64,000 bases of DNA from Tubiluchus corallicola (taxonomy: Eukaryota; Animalia; Priapulida). Shown here piece after piece: positions 52,736 to 64,000 of this stretch (position 1 is its first letter; every line of letters begins with the position of its first letter). Below the pieces are notes generated by a model. The model searched no databases. It was not told the origin of the DNA and saw nothing but the letters and a program-made list of their open reading frames with translations. The stretch covers positions 372,001-436,000 of the forward strand of contig JAQGDQ010000073.1 of assembly GCA_030141605.1 (NCBI GenBank), read 5' to 3'. Both the position numbers and the translations under genes were made by a program.

Positions 52736-55700
52736 TTGTCTTTTCTTCCCCTGATTTACGTGGCGTAGTGACCGTCATGTAATGGCGCCGTCGGAACAAT
52801 ATTGCGGGAGATTTAAAATGAAAACGAAAATTCTTTTTAACGCGAATACGATATGTGCATAAACATGCTGTAAAGTAGTATAATTTTTTAAGGCGATTTT
52901 TCTGAAACCTACTTCATGTGCTCCTTTTCTTGTCCTTTAACTTATTTCTGACATTATTGATAGATCGTACATTTTTAAATGGTTCACATTTTGCAGTAGA
53001 TTCTATAGATATACGGGTAGAAATAACCGGGTGCGCTGAGTTACCAAATAGCAGTAAATGGCGAATTTAGTAAAAGTTGTTAATTTGCAGATGACGGCGT
53101 ATGCAGGTGTTTGACTGTTATACAACGATTTGAAGTTATCATTTTTAGATTTAGTCAGTTAATCCAGGAGTTGGCTTTCAGGTTTCAACACATTGGTTCA
53201 GTGCACAGTAAGGGGCTGATTTTTATCATCATCGTTATCATCGATATTATCATAAGTGTTGTCATTATTAAGATTTCGTTGCCACATTGGCTTTTTTATT
53301 AAATTATTATCGTCGGTCGGCATGTCGCCATCATCTTCATCAATCATCATCGTTGACTGTCATCGTTGTCGTAAACACCTCGATTTTCATCAAGGTTCTG
53401 TTATTGCCACCATCGTCGTTTGTCGTTTTCGTGATCACCATTCGTTTGCGTAGAGAGATGTCTTAAGGGTGTCATTTTTGTTTGTAAGGTACGTATCTCT
53501 GCGATCGTGATGTTGAGTGTTAATAAAACAGCGTTGCGTGGTGCATACTTGATTAGTGTAAGGCATTATTACCTGTTTTCACGATCAGTCCTGGCGTAGA
53601 GTCTTGTGGTTATTTGTTACACAAGCTTTTGTTTGCGAGTTCATTGGAAATTGACTCATTTTTGTATGAGTGCGTGAGAAGTTCCTCTGATGGTATCCTT
53701 GTGCCTCTCCAAGTCCCACCAACCAAGGCTATTCTCTCCTGGGTTGACGACCTGTCCGTTGCCTCCCAATCCGGTCTGACGGCTGTCTTTCGCCTTTGTG
53801 AAAATGGCGGGAAAGTATAATATCGCCTATAGCCTCGTTTATTTACAATTTTACGCCGATGCTCTCTGTTCGTGTTTACGAAGCGCTCGCCGAGACTGTG
53901 GAAAATATGGGAAAAATTGCCGACCTGCTCTAAAGCGAAAGGGAACTGTGTTTGCAAAGATGTATAAAAGCGTATTGTTCCCATATTCGTTTTGTTGAAG
54001 TACTCTATTTTGGAGATACTAACGTTGCAAGAAGGCGGCGGTTTCTAAGACTATTCTAGGGATCTAGAACAACCGAACATTTATTGCTACTCGCGTAAAA
54101 GATTATCAACGTTATCAAACGTAATAATAACTGCTCTTTTATTTGATCTATATAGCAATACTATCACAATAGACGTACATGTATACGTTAATTGTTAGGT
54201 TTTAATAGCAAACCGCTATACGCGTGACTTTGTTGACAGTTGGGCCATTAATATTAAAAGGTCAGCTGAACTAAAGAAATGATTAAAAAGGCGTTTAGGT
54301 GTGATTAGGGGTATTGCGGGGGCGTCATCCGCATGCGAGTGTATGGCTTTTTCGGTGACGAATTTCCTCTTCGAAGTTTACTTTGCAAATGGTTTTTCGT
54401 TTCTTTAGTTAAACGTTAAGAAAACAAAAACCACTCCTGTGCTATAAGAGATTTATATAAATTAACACTATTTATTTTATTCTCTATTACGCAATAAAAT
54501 TGTAGATAATCACAAATATTTTTGTCGTGTATTGTGATTAGCAGGGGTGTTTGTTTAAATCACGATTTAATTCACCATAATAAAATAATCACGATTTCAA
54601 TGTACGTGATGTAATATACATTACCTGTTCTTTTATTTTTGTTTTATTTTCATTTTGAACAGTTGTGAGCAATTAACACGTTTGCTGCACCTTGGTGATG
54701 TGAACATCAGTGTGAATTGTTTTTAAAACCGTGTCTTTGCTGTCAGTTAATTCTAACAGTGAGCTAGTAGACGACAGGCCCTTTTTACTACAAAAAAGTA
54801 GATCTCAGCAGCTCGTAGTAGCATATACCTCACATCCGATGTTGGTAAATAGTGAAATGATTTATTTCTGTCAACGCCTTGTTACGAACGACTGTCTGAC
54901 ACTTTTATAAGAGGCTAGTGAGCCTAGTGGCTACTATGCTTTTTCGCGTTTGATATAAGTTTTCTTCGTATTAGTAGACTTTTCCAACTCTGAACCTACA
55001 AGTGACCATAGAAATGTTTTCCAGTTTAATTATTTAATGCTTCCAGTGAATTTAAGGTCCCTTAGTTAGGCGTAGAAAGTCCTACCTTTCGAAAATCTTC
55101 CATGTAGTTCCTTCTAGTTCGTAGAGGAAAGTTGGTCACCTGTTTGTCTTAAATAAGCTAAATTCGAATGTTTCCTTTTTCTCAGGCTCTTTTTCTTTAT
55201 TATAAAGCACAAAGCTTGGTGAGAAGGTATTTGACCTTTTTAAGGACTTGCACTTTGGCGTTCGAACATCTTTGTCTAATAACTTTTGTTAAATGTACCC
55301 AAGCATGCTTTTGAACTACGCTTGACCAAGTCCACATCTTGACCGTAGTCCTCGTTTGTATTTTGACCAATGGCTATTCAATTAAGGAGCAGTTTTAATG
55401 AGCCTTTGTAGCCTTGAGGGTAAACTGTTTTTGCTTTAAATTGTCAAAGCCCACAATTATTTTAAGACGCCCACTTGTTGATTTGATTTGCACACGTGCA
55501 TCGTGCAAGTCTTTTTCCAACAGTTTGCGTCACACGTTTTTTTGCATTGGTATTGCCTCAGAAAGTTTTTTGTAATTGCTCGATTTGACTGCTCTTGATG
55601 TTAAATATTTTATAGTAATCATTTTTTGCTGCTGTATGACGTTGTTTAGTATTGTACCGCATCGCATCGCGTCGGCATTTTTACCTACTATGCTATCGAA

Positions 55701-56669
55701 ATGTCTTAAAAACGTCTAATTGTAATATTTTCTTAGCTTCTTCATATGCGGTCCACGCCAGCCGTGAATCTCCCACACAGTACGTATAGTGTGTTTCGCC
55801 CACGTTTTCCTGTGTACTCTTGTAAATACACAATTCTTTCCTGTGTATGCACAGATAAATACTGATTACAGACACAAACGCCATTTATGGACGCGGGCCT
55901 ATTTGTAAGTTATTTGCTGCATATATTATTCCTGAGTTGAAGCTTTTATTTACTGTCTAACGGGTCTGTAATTGTAATTTTCCTAGTAACGCAGTCAGTT
56001 ATGTTGGTGGAGATTTAAAAGCATGTACCCCCATTACCCACATGACAGACTGGTAGCACATTATCCAGTTACATAATTTAACCTCCCTAATGGCTTCATA
56101 TAAATGAACTCGAATATACAGCAATAGATACATCATTCCTTGACGCCGTCCGCTTTTGTGATACGTAAAATTGCTTACTGATTGTATTAGAATTTTTCGC
56201 CTATATTTTCATCTTTATTCAAATCTATTTTTATTTAGTAAATAGACGTAGTATGTATAAGGCATACGACTTGACTACTTTCACTCTAGCGCAGTTTTGA
56301 CCGTTTTTTAACCATACTTCTCAGTATGGAAAAGTGAAAGTTAGAGACATTTTGTAGTTGATGCTGTATGTCACCGTGACCTTAATCGGTAACGACGTCC
56401 GCGACCTGCATTCAGCAAACAACGTTCAGAATAATGTATCAGACACGTTACCGTTCGGTACCATTATTGGAGCACTCGTGGAAAGTGAAAGTGAAAGTTA
56501 AAATTGAAAATTTGGGTCGCCTTAATCGCTGCACAACCAGTCCATACCTTACCAATGCATTCAGTACAATACTGTATCATCTAGATTCGCCAACAAAGAA
56601 ACAAATTGTGATACTAAGTTATTAACCATCGTTATTGCACTGAAGACAGTTATAACTATAGGTTTATTA

Positions 56670-57080
56670 TGCGCGGTAAAAGTGGCAGAGGTAGAATGCA
56701 CAGGAAAAAATTACACGGTAAAATGGCACAGGAAAAAAATGAAACATTCTACTTGCTGTTTCTGTGTCGGTCTAAATTAATCTTTTTGCCTCTTTGTTTC
56801 CTCCCTTGGTAGTGAGGGTTTTCCCTGTAAATGGATTGGAATGGATTTAATAGTTTCTATATACTCCTTATATTTTTTCAAGTCTGTGATATTTTGCCAA
56901 TTTCCAGTAAGGAAATGTTAATTTCTTTTATGCTTTGTTTGGAAGTTTTAGACTTTCAGTGTTTGACATGTTAAATTTTCTTGTTTGAAAAAAATGGAAG
57001 TTCTCTGGTCTTTCGGTGCATACGTTCAGGTTTCAACATGAAACTTGCGTCCTGTTCGCTGTCCTTTATTTCCCTAATCC
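56670..57080. mobile_element. Possible decayed MITE with GGTAAAA(N)GGCACA subterminal repeats
   Basis: Repeated GGTAAAAGTGGCAGA / GGTAAAATGGCACA / GGAAAAAA units at 56675-56745. Termini not resolved. Confidence 0.3.
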
Positions 57081-57699
57081 AGCCGCATGTATTCCAGTAG
57101 AAAGTCAGACACGCTGACAGGTGGGCCTGTAACAATCGGTAATGCCGAATCCATTAGCGTTGGGTTGGTAAGCTTATGGACTGATGGAGTTAAGCCACTT
57201 ATGTCTCACTGGTCACTATTTCAAGGTTGCTCTGGGTTATTTAATGGAAGAATGATTACTAGGAGCAGTTTGAACATTAGGTGAAATGTGTCTTCATATT
57301 ATCATAATTTATAATTTATTGGGTGAAAGTATATTAACAAAATTATACAGTCATTAATTACAAAGTACCAGACAAAACAAATATAAGTACAAGATAGTAC
57401 GTGGCACATTACCAAAAAAAAAATAACAACATCAAACACTGATGTATGTCAGAAACCCAACTTCACATACACATTCAACACGCTAAAATTGATAAGAAAG
57501 TTGATAACAAATATCGTGATGATGTTATTATGTCACGTTTTCTTCTTCCTTCTCCCATTTCTCTTTTTCTTCTTCATTGTGAACACCATCGATCATATTA
57601 ATTGTAGACGACAATTAGCTGTCTTCGCCTTCACTGCCATCATCACCAAAATCATCCTCATCATCGTTAGCCGCTGCAACGATCACCACTATTATCTAC

Positions 57700-57815
57700 G
57701 TCGATTTCGTTGCTGTTGTTGTCGTTGTCGCTATTGTTGTGATTGTTGTTGTTGTTGTTATGATTGTTGTTGTTGCCGTTGCCGCCGCCGCCGCCGCTGC
57801 TACTTTGTTGTTGTA
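57700..57815. repeat. (GTT)n/(GCC)n trinucleotide microsatellite
   Basis: Directly visible; source of the Cys/Arg-rich ORF 57489-57827. Confidence 0.9.
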
Positions 57816-60800
57816 GCTCCTCTTTAATGTTCACAAAGGCTTGTGCAAAGAAAATCAGCGTTTGTTGTTCAGAATAGTTCCATTGCTCATAAACTCATAA
57901 GCTGTAGAAATAGTATTGTATAAACGTACACACTGTACTTACTGTATGACTATGAACTGTCACTTCAAGTGAAAGTGTTCATTAATTATCTCCTGGCCGC
58001 ATCCTTGTGACTGTGTGTGTCTGTCATTAAAGGGGCGGCGAACTTCTTGGGGTAGTGTAACTCTTTCTACACGACGTGTTCGAAGAATTCCGCACTGAAA
58101 GTGTTAATTATAGTCTCGTAAACAGTTAATTATTGCTAGAAGTAAATTTAGCTTTTTCGTACAGTAATTGGAACTTAGTTTTAGAAGTTGAATTGGGGAC
58201 CTGCTTGTCTACCCATTTTAGATTTGCATCTGTCTTTTATAATAGTATTCTTTAATTTCTTTTACTAAATAGTCGAACGGGTGTCTGAGACACAACCTCT
58301 GGTAACAAGCTTGCTGCAAGCCCATTATTGCCCGAGACGTCTCACTAAGCATTATTTTGAACAACAGAACGAAGGTTTTGATTCTGTTTGAGAATCTAGT
58401 TGTATATATTCAGCTTCGGACGTTTCATAAAATGATCAATTTCTTTTAGCACCAAGGGTCAAGAAGTTCAACAATAGCGAAGTGTAGCTTATATTGCAAC
58501 TTAATCATTAGCTGCAGCAAATCGTATTGCATGAAACATGAATATTTTGCATACGTTGTGCATCGTAAAAAAACCGACGAGACGTTTTTCTGGTGACCTT
58601 GGCTCCTCAATGTGTCACTGCCCTTTTACGCACCTGGTATGAATACCTGATTGAGATGCCTGTCTGTAAGCAAAACACCTGCCGGAAAGATGTAGACAGG
58701 AGAGGCATTGATGGGGAGGGATGCTGTTCAGCAGAGGATTGAGAGGAAGTGTGTATAGACTTCTTCACCCTGTCAGACTTTCCCTGACAGCCATTTCTAG
58801 ACGTAATTGTTATCATTCCGTTTCACGCAACTTTGCACTGTTAAGATTTTACAGTGAAGAGTATCAGCTGACGGATATAGGCCTATATTCTCAAACAGGA
58901 TTAAAACCTTCCTTCTGATAATCAATTTCGTGAATTAATTCAAAGTTCCAAAAAGGTTGTGTGTCCTATACACTTCCCAAAACTAAGACAACCAAATAAT
59001 TAAGACACAAAAGATAGATTAAAAAATCGAAAGGGCCTTATCAAACTAAACTAAATACGTAAATGATACAGTTTAACATTCACAGATAGACTAGCAATAA
59101 TCCACAAAATCTAAGAAAATCAGTATCGTCTTTAGATCTAGTTAATGAGTACAAAATTTTAGAGTCGTACGATAATTGAATGCGCAAAAGAGATGTCCTG
59201 AAGTATAAATTTGATTTTAATCATCTTTTTGTGAACTTTGGTTTTTAAAGATTATAGAAGCATTGCATTATCTATCTAACCATCGTGTTCTCTCTGCTTA
59301 CTTCTTTAAAGTATTCCATATCGCCTTACAATAAAATCGACATCTGTATTATAATTGTATATTGTATTACACAGGAAAAATCTAGCACATTTACGTGAGG
59401 TGGTTATACTTTCGGTTAATGATTTCCTTCCCCTTTATCGTGCTTGCAAAACAGGTAAATATCTTGCGCGCAGTCAAATGTATATTTTCAACTGTTATTA
59501 ACTTCTGGGAAATTCCATTATTTATTTGGCAACCTAATTTGCCTTTGTGTACAAAGCTGAATGTCCACGTGCTCTACGTTATAGCTGAGACTGCGTGGCC
59601 TGTCTGGAGAATTCTCATGTTGCAAAGAATGTTTTAGAAAGCGGGCGCAAGAACGTAGTATATTCTTTAGCATGTCCATCCTGACAAGGGGATGCATGCG
59701 GCATAGAAAAGGACAGAGTGTATTATGTTTCACATTGCAGACCGACATTTTCCCTGCCTTCTCTGTACAGCATTTACAATGGAATCAGAAACATAGTAGC
59801 GTTGCTGAAATTGAAAACTTTTGGACGGCTGAGCTGTCGTGTTGGTATCGTATCGAGCTAATCCAGTCCTAATAGTACAAAATATTTTTCTTCATTTAAT
59901 AAAGTTGGTTCCTAATGTTGATGCACATGTTGCCTAGAGTTAACGGCTGATCAATTTGGTGAGTTTTGGCGTTTGGCATTATATTTCAATATATTTTCTG
60001 TTTGACAGATGATATGATTTACTATATCTCAGGTCTAGGAACATATATAGTGACATTAAAAGCTCACAGTTTAACCCTATCCGTAGGGCGTAGGCCGTTC
60101 TATATTCTAGCCTTCTCATCTGACGTTAATAATGATTGTAAAAATTTGTTTCGCGCTTTGAAAACGCATCTTTTCCATAATTATTATGATACAACAACGT
60201 CCTACAGCGGACGCCATTCTTTTCAGCCTAAGTTTCCTTTTCTGGTTGATGAACTCTTGGTTATTGCATGCCATTGACTTGTGTTATCCTGTGGGATGTA
60301 GATTTATGACAGGTGTGTATTGTTCAGATGTCGTAACGCTAATGCCAAAGTAATTACAGTTTATTCCCGGGACAGGTGTCTCCTGTAAAACATAAGGGTC
60401 ATCGTGAAGAAAAACATTGTTATCTAACTGAAGAAGTCCCTGACATGTCATCGCCTTGTCGGAGGAGTCAAGGTCTTTTGAGAGCTTTTAAGTGTTGTGT
60501 CCATGTCATGCGTTCCTTTCTAAAGTGTTAAAAAACCATCATTGGCCATGCACTGTTCCTAACTGAGGCGGTGTTTAATATACCGTCGGATGAGTCAAGG
60601 CCACTGTCATCAATCGGTAAACATCCTTTAGCCATTCTGACACGTGAGTAGACCAACGTGACCTATTAGGTTTTGAAGATGACGCGCGTTTTTGACGACG
60701 TTTTTAACAAAGCCATTTGTAAAATGAAACCAGTTTTCAAAAGTGAAGACTGGAAGGAATAACACTGGCTGTTATAATATTTAATTTGTTCCTATAATAT

Positions 60801-62528
60801 GTATTAAATGTCCTCTTAGCATTTTCGAGATTAGTTCCCAACTTGTTTCTTTTTGTAAAGCTAGCCTTGCCAATAAGCGTACGTACGTTATAATTAACAG
60901 AACCTGCGTATTTAAAAATTAATTAATTTGCGTAATTCACATGACACACGCGTGTAATACGGGTTGAACACTCCCGCTCGCCAGCTGTCATTGTAAAATA
61001 TAGGGTTTGTTGAACCCATGGGGAGATGTGTGTTAGGAAGATGTTTCAGTTAAATTCATTTCACAATGTTTGTTTGGTGGTTCTTCTTGCATCTCTGGGC
61101 ACAGAAGCATGTAATTACTGTTTTTGACAGAGAATCTCATTTTTGAATTGCTACTACTACGAGCCATTAATTTTACTTGTTCGCTAAACTTTGCTTCTAA
61201 ATTGACTCAGCTGAGCCGCTTATATATACAGCTGTAATGGAAGTAAAATAAAAACCAGCGCGATTAAAATAACTGGTTTATTAAGATTAAAGTTTACCGT
61301 CAATGATGATTAAAGAAAAGTTCTGTAGTCACCGCTAGACTAGTATAATGGATTATTTTGAAATCTTTTTAAGATGATTGTTTCAAATCGTAAAAAGTGC
61401 TCCGATGATTCGTCAGCCGGAAATGAATAGTTCTTTAACGGTGATAATAAATGGAAATTTCGCGCAAAATTCAAAACCGTGAAACATGACAATGGTTGCG
61501 ACAATAACTGTTAATGATGCAGTGATTTTCATAGTTAGTATATGTATATTAAAGGGCCATATTAGGAGTGTGCTACCTCTCACGGAAATGCTTTAAATAT
61601 CTCACCTATAATAGTCACCCATTAAATTTATTCTCTTGTTTCTTCTAAATTGATTCTACCAGACAGACGAACGCTGTCTGCTAGACAGATTTTGAATCTC
61701 TGATGTTTGTGATTTGGAAACAAGAGATGAAAATTGTTGCTTATATTTGTCTTTGATATTTTTCATATAAATGTGCGCTCTGACACTGTTGTTTTACAGT
61801 TGACAAAACACCGAAGTTTATTGTGTGCAAGCCTCTAGACGCAGTTGAGATTTCACTTATTTCTATTAAAGTAAAGTCACCCCAATCTTAAACTATAGTC
61901 CAAAGCAATCTAATTTATAAAATATTGAAAAGGAAGGTACTATTTTTTTCAAAAATGGTTTACGTGAAAGAATTGTTATCACAGGAACGTAATTTTGCGT
62001 TTACGCCACTAGTTCTTCGCTGTTACATGTTTTTCGTCGTTCACTAGTTAGATGGGCACTAGCACCTACATCTATGAAACACGTTGCACAAAAAACAGGT
62101 GCTATGCCTCTCAGTTCAGAGGTATTCGGTTGTGACGTAATTCACACGTTCAAGCACTCAGCGTGAGCACACCGGTAAACTTGAAATTTGAATTTTAAGT
62201 TTAAAATTTGCAGAGTTTTTGCATATCACACTGAATCTTGTATATTGGCACTGTAGTTCCATTTTTGCTTTTGCAAATATATTGAACACCCGCGTGGAAT
62301 ATTGTTCATTTGCGATGTCATTACCAGGTGGGCTCCCCGACAGTTAGTAAAGTTTTTAACCTATTATTTATTTATCAGAAACGACTTGGCATTATTATTA
62401 TAGGTGTAAAAGTTTTACTTTTTACCGTACTTCAAAATGTATTAGGTTTGTCCGGTTATTAATAACGCGTAGCTGAAACCACTGTATTTAACTCTAACTG
62501 CCATTTTTGGGCAAAATGTGATTGAGCC

Positions 62529-62793
62529 GTCTACATAGTTGCCGTGGCAAATGTTGGTTAGCCCGACATGTCTACATTATTGCCGTGGCAAATGTTAACC
62601 TGTTCTGTCTACATTATTGCCATGACAAACGTTGATTAACCTGACCTGTCTACATTATTGCCGTGGCAAATGTTGATTAACCTGATCTGTCTACATTATT
62701 GCCGTGGCAAATGTTGATTGATCTGTCCTGTTTACATAGTAGTTGCCATGGCAAATGCTGTTTGACCTGACCTGTCTACATTGTTGCCGTGGC
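62529..62793. repeat. ~41-bp minisatellite, 7 units
   Basis: Units start at 62529, 62570, 62607, 62648, 62689, 62730 and 62774; consensus GTCTACATTATTGCCGTGGCAAATGTTGATTAACCTGACCT. Confidence 0.95.
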
Positions 62794-63630
62794 TGCTCAG
62801 TGCTTCTCGTTAAAGTATTATCAGTAGTATTAACTACCATTGTCAAAAGATACCCCCATACAGCAATTTTGTTACTTTTCCGCAAAAAAGGAAAACTTGA
62901 TATTTTATTATTCCCCTCGTTTGCTCACTAAACGCGCCCTCCTGCGGCGCTAGACTCTGTTAATCCTGTCTGTGACATTTTTTGTCAATTAGAAATGTCC
63001 AGACCTTTAGTAACCCTTTCCCGGACAATTTCCCCATTGATCCTGTCGAGACTGTTGTGCTCTCCTCGGTTAGGAACATCTGTCGTCTAGTCTGGGGATA
63101 CCGTCTAGTCTGGGGCGTCCCTGAAATTTAGGATTAAATTCATATACATATTCTTTTAGAAGAAATTTTGGTATGAAGTTGTACAGATTTATTATGCTAG
63201 AGAATTATGTTTGCATTTTTTGCAACTACGCTGCAAAGTTTTGCAAGTAAAATAACCCCCCTCCTCCCGGTAGCGCCCCATTGCTGCTTTAAACCTTTTC
63301 TGACATGAATAAGATGCACACGTTTAGTGTTTGAACCCTATTTAGAATCCTACCAGCAATGTCAAGGTCATGTGTGCTGTTATGATCCTGCGTCTGCGTC
63401 TTGAAACAAAACATTTTGTATAATATATTAATGGCGTTTTAAAGATATTTTATTGTACTTCGCAGTTTCCAACAAAATTATGCATAATATGAATATTTTT
63501 CAATATGGAAGTTTCATATAAATATGGTAAAAAACTGATATTTAAGAGCTTAAATATAACATATTAGCTTCTAAATACATGTATAAGATATTAGCTTCTT
63601 TCCACTTGCATCTAAAGCTTTCTCTGTATG

Positions 63631-63920
63631 TCAGTAATAGTAGTCGTCGCAGAAACTGTATTCAGACGAGCACCCAGCCCTATACCGATTCAGACAAGTG
63701 TCGTGTACACAAGTTCTATGGCAATCGTAGAAAATCGTTCCGTAAGGACATTCAGCTCTAATCGTCGTGTAGCCGTATACGTTACCGTAACCATAGCCGC
63801 TTCGTGCAGTGTACATGCACATGTAGAAGGCACGACAATCGTCGGGGTCAGCAATCAACTGGTCGCCATAGTAACATTCGTCTTCCGAGCACTCGAAAGC
63901 TTTACAAACTTGCAAAGAAA
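63631..63920 (-). CDS. Terminal coding exon of a small, probably secreted, Cys/Tyr-rich chitin-binding type-2 (CBM14/peritrophin-A-like) protein; 5'-partial
   Basis: Acceptor ttttgtattccag at 63922-63921 gives a phase-1 exon of 290 nt: xSLQVCKA-FECSEDECYYGDQLIADPDDCRAFYMCMYTARSGYGYGNVYGYTTIRAECPYGTIFYDCHRTCVHDTCLNRYRAGCSSEYSFCDDYYY*. DPDDCxxFYxC and CPxGTxF are CBM14 hallmarks. Minus-strand AATAAA at 63454-63449. Confidence 0.8.
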
Positions 63921-64000
63921 CTGGAATACAAAAGTTCATGGCAATTGGTATTCCTCAGATACGTATACATTATATAAAATTGGCTATTAAAACCTGCCAT

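Noticed and set aside
57489-57827. Cys/Arg-rich ORF with a hydrophobic N-terminus, resembling a metallothionein or toxin
   Set aside because: The Cys and Arg runs are translations of (TGT/TGC/CGC) microsatellite, and the start codon is non-ATG.
62529-62793. CRISPR-like look: conserved ~27-nt partly palindromic repeat with more variable linkers
   Set aside because: The linkers are only 10-17 nt and are clearly homologous to one another, there are no cas genes, and the context is a eukaryotic intron. It is a minisatellite.
63628-63990. 120-aa plus-strand ORF
   Set aside because: Antisense shadow of the minus-strand chitin-binding exon, with no recognisable motif and no resemblance to DOK7.

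Overview
AT-rich, intron-rich animal genomic DNA (invertebrate, probably lophotrochozoan; the species cannot be fixed from sequence alone). Most ORFs in the supplied track are spurious. By manually joining exons with matching phases and splice sites I reconstruct five genes. (1) MRPL1, minus strand, 8 exons visible, running off the left edge. (2) A complete 5-exon, 128-aa histone H2A.Z gene on the plus strand. (3) A complete 11-exon, 407-aa SLC35F6-like transporter on the minus strand, probably with a GC-AG first intron. (4) The first two coding exons of a DOK7-like adaptor on the plus strand, followed by an apparent intron of >21 kb. (5) The last exon of a small Tyr/Cys-rich chitin-binding (CBM14-like) protein gene on the minus strand at the right edge, probably nested antisense in the DOK7 intron. 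The rest is tRNA-derived SINEs, LINE 3' fragments, pogo/Tc2 and hAT non-autonomous elements, microsatellites and minisatellites. The best leads are the nested Gly-Tyr-loop chitin-binding gene, two cryptic splice arrangements inside H2A.Z (a candidate poison exon and a candidate alternative C-terminus), a hammerhead-ribozyme-like palindrome, and an RFX X-box-like minisatellite. All are untested hypotheses. No prokaryotic system or CRISPR array is present.
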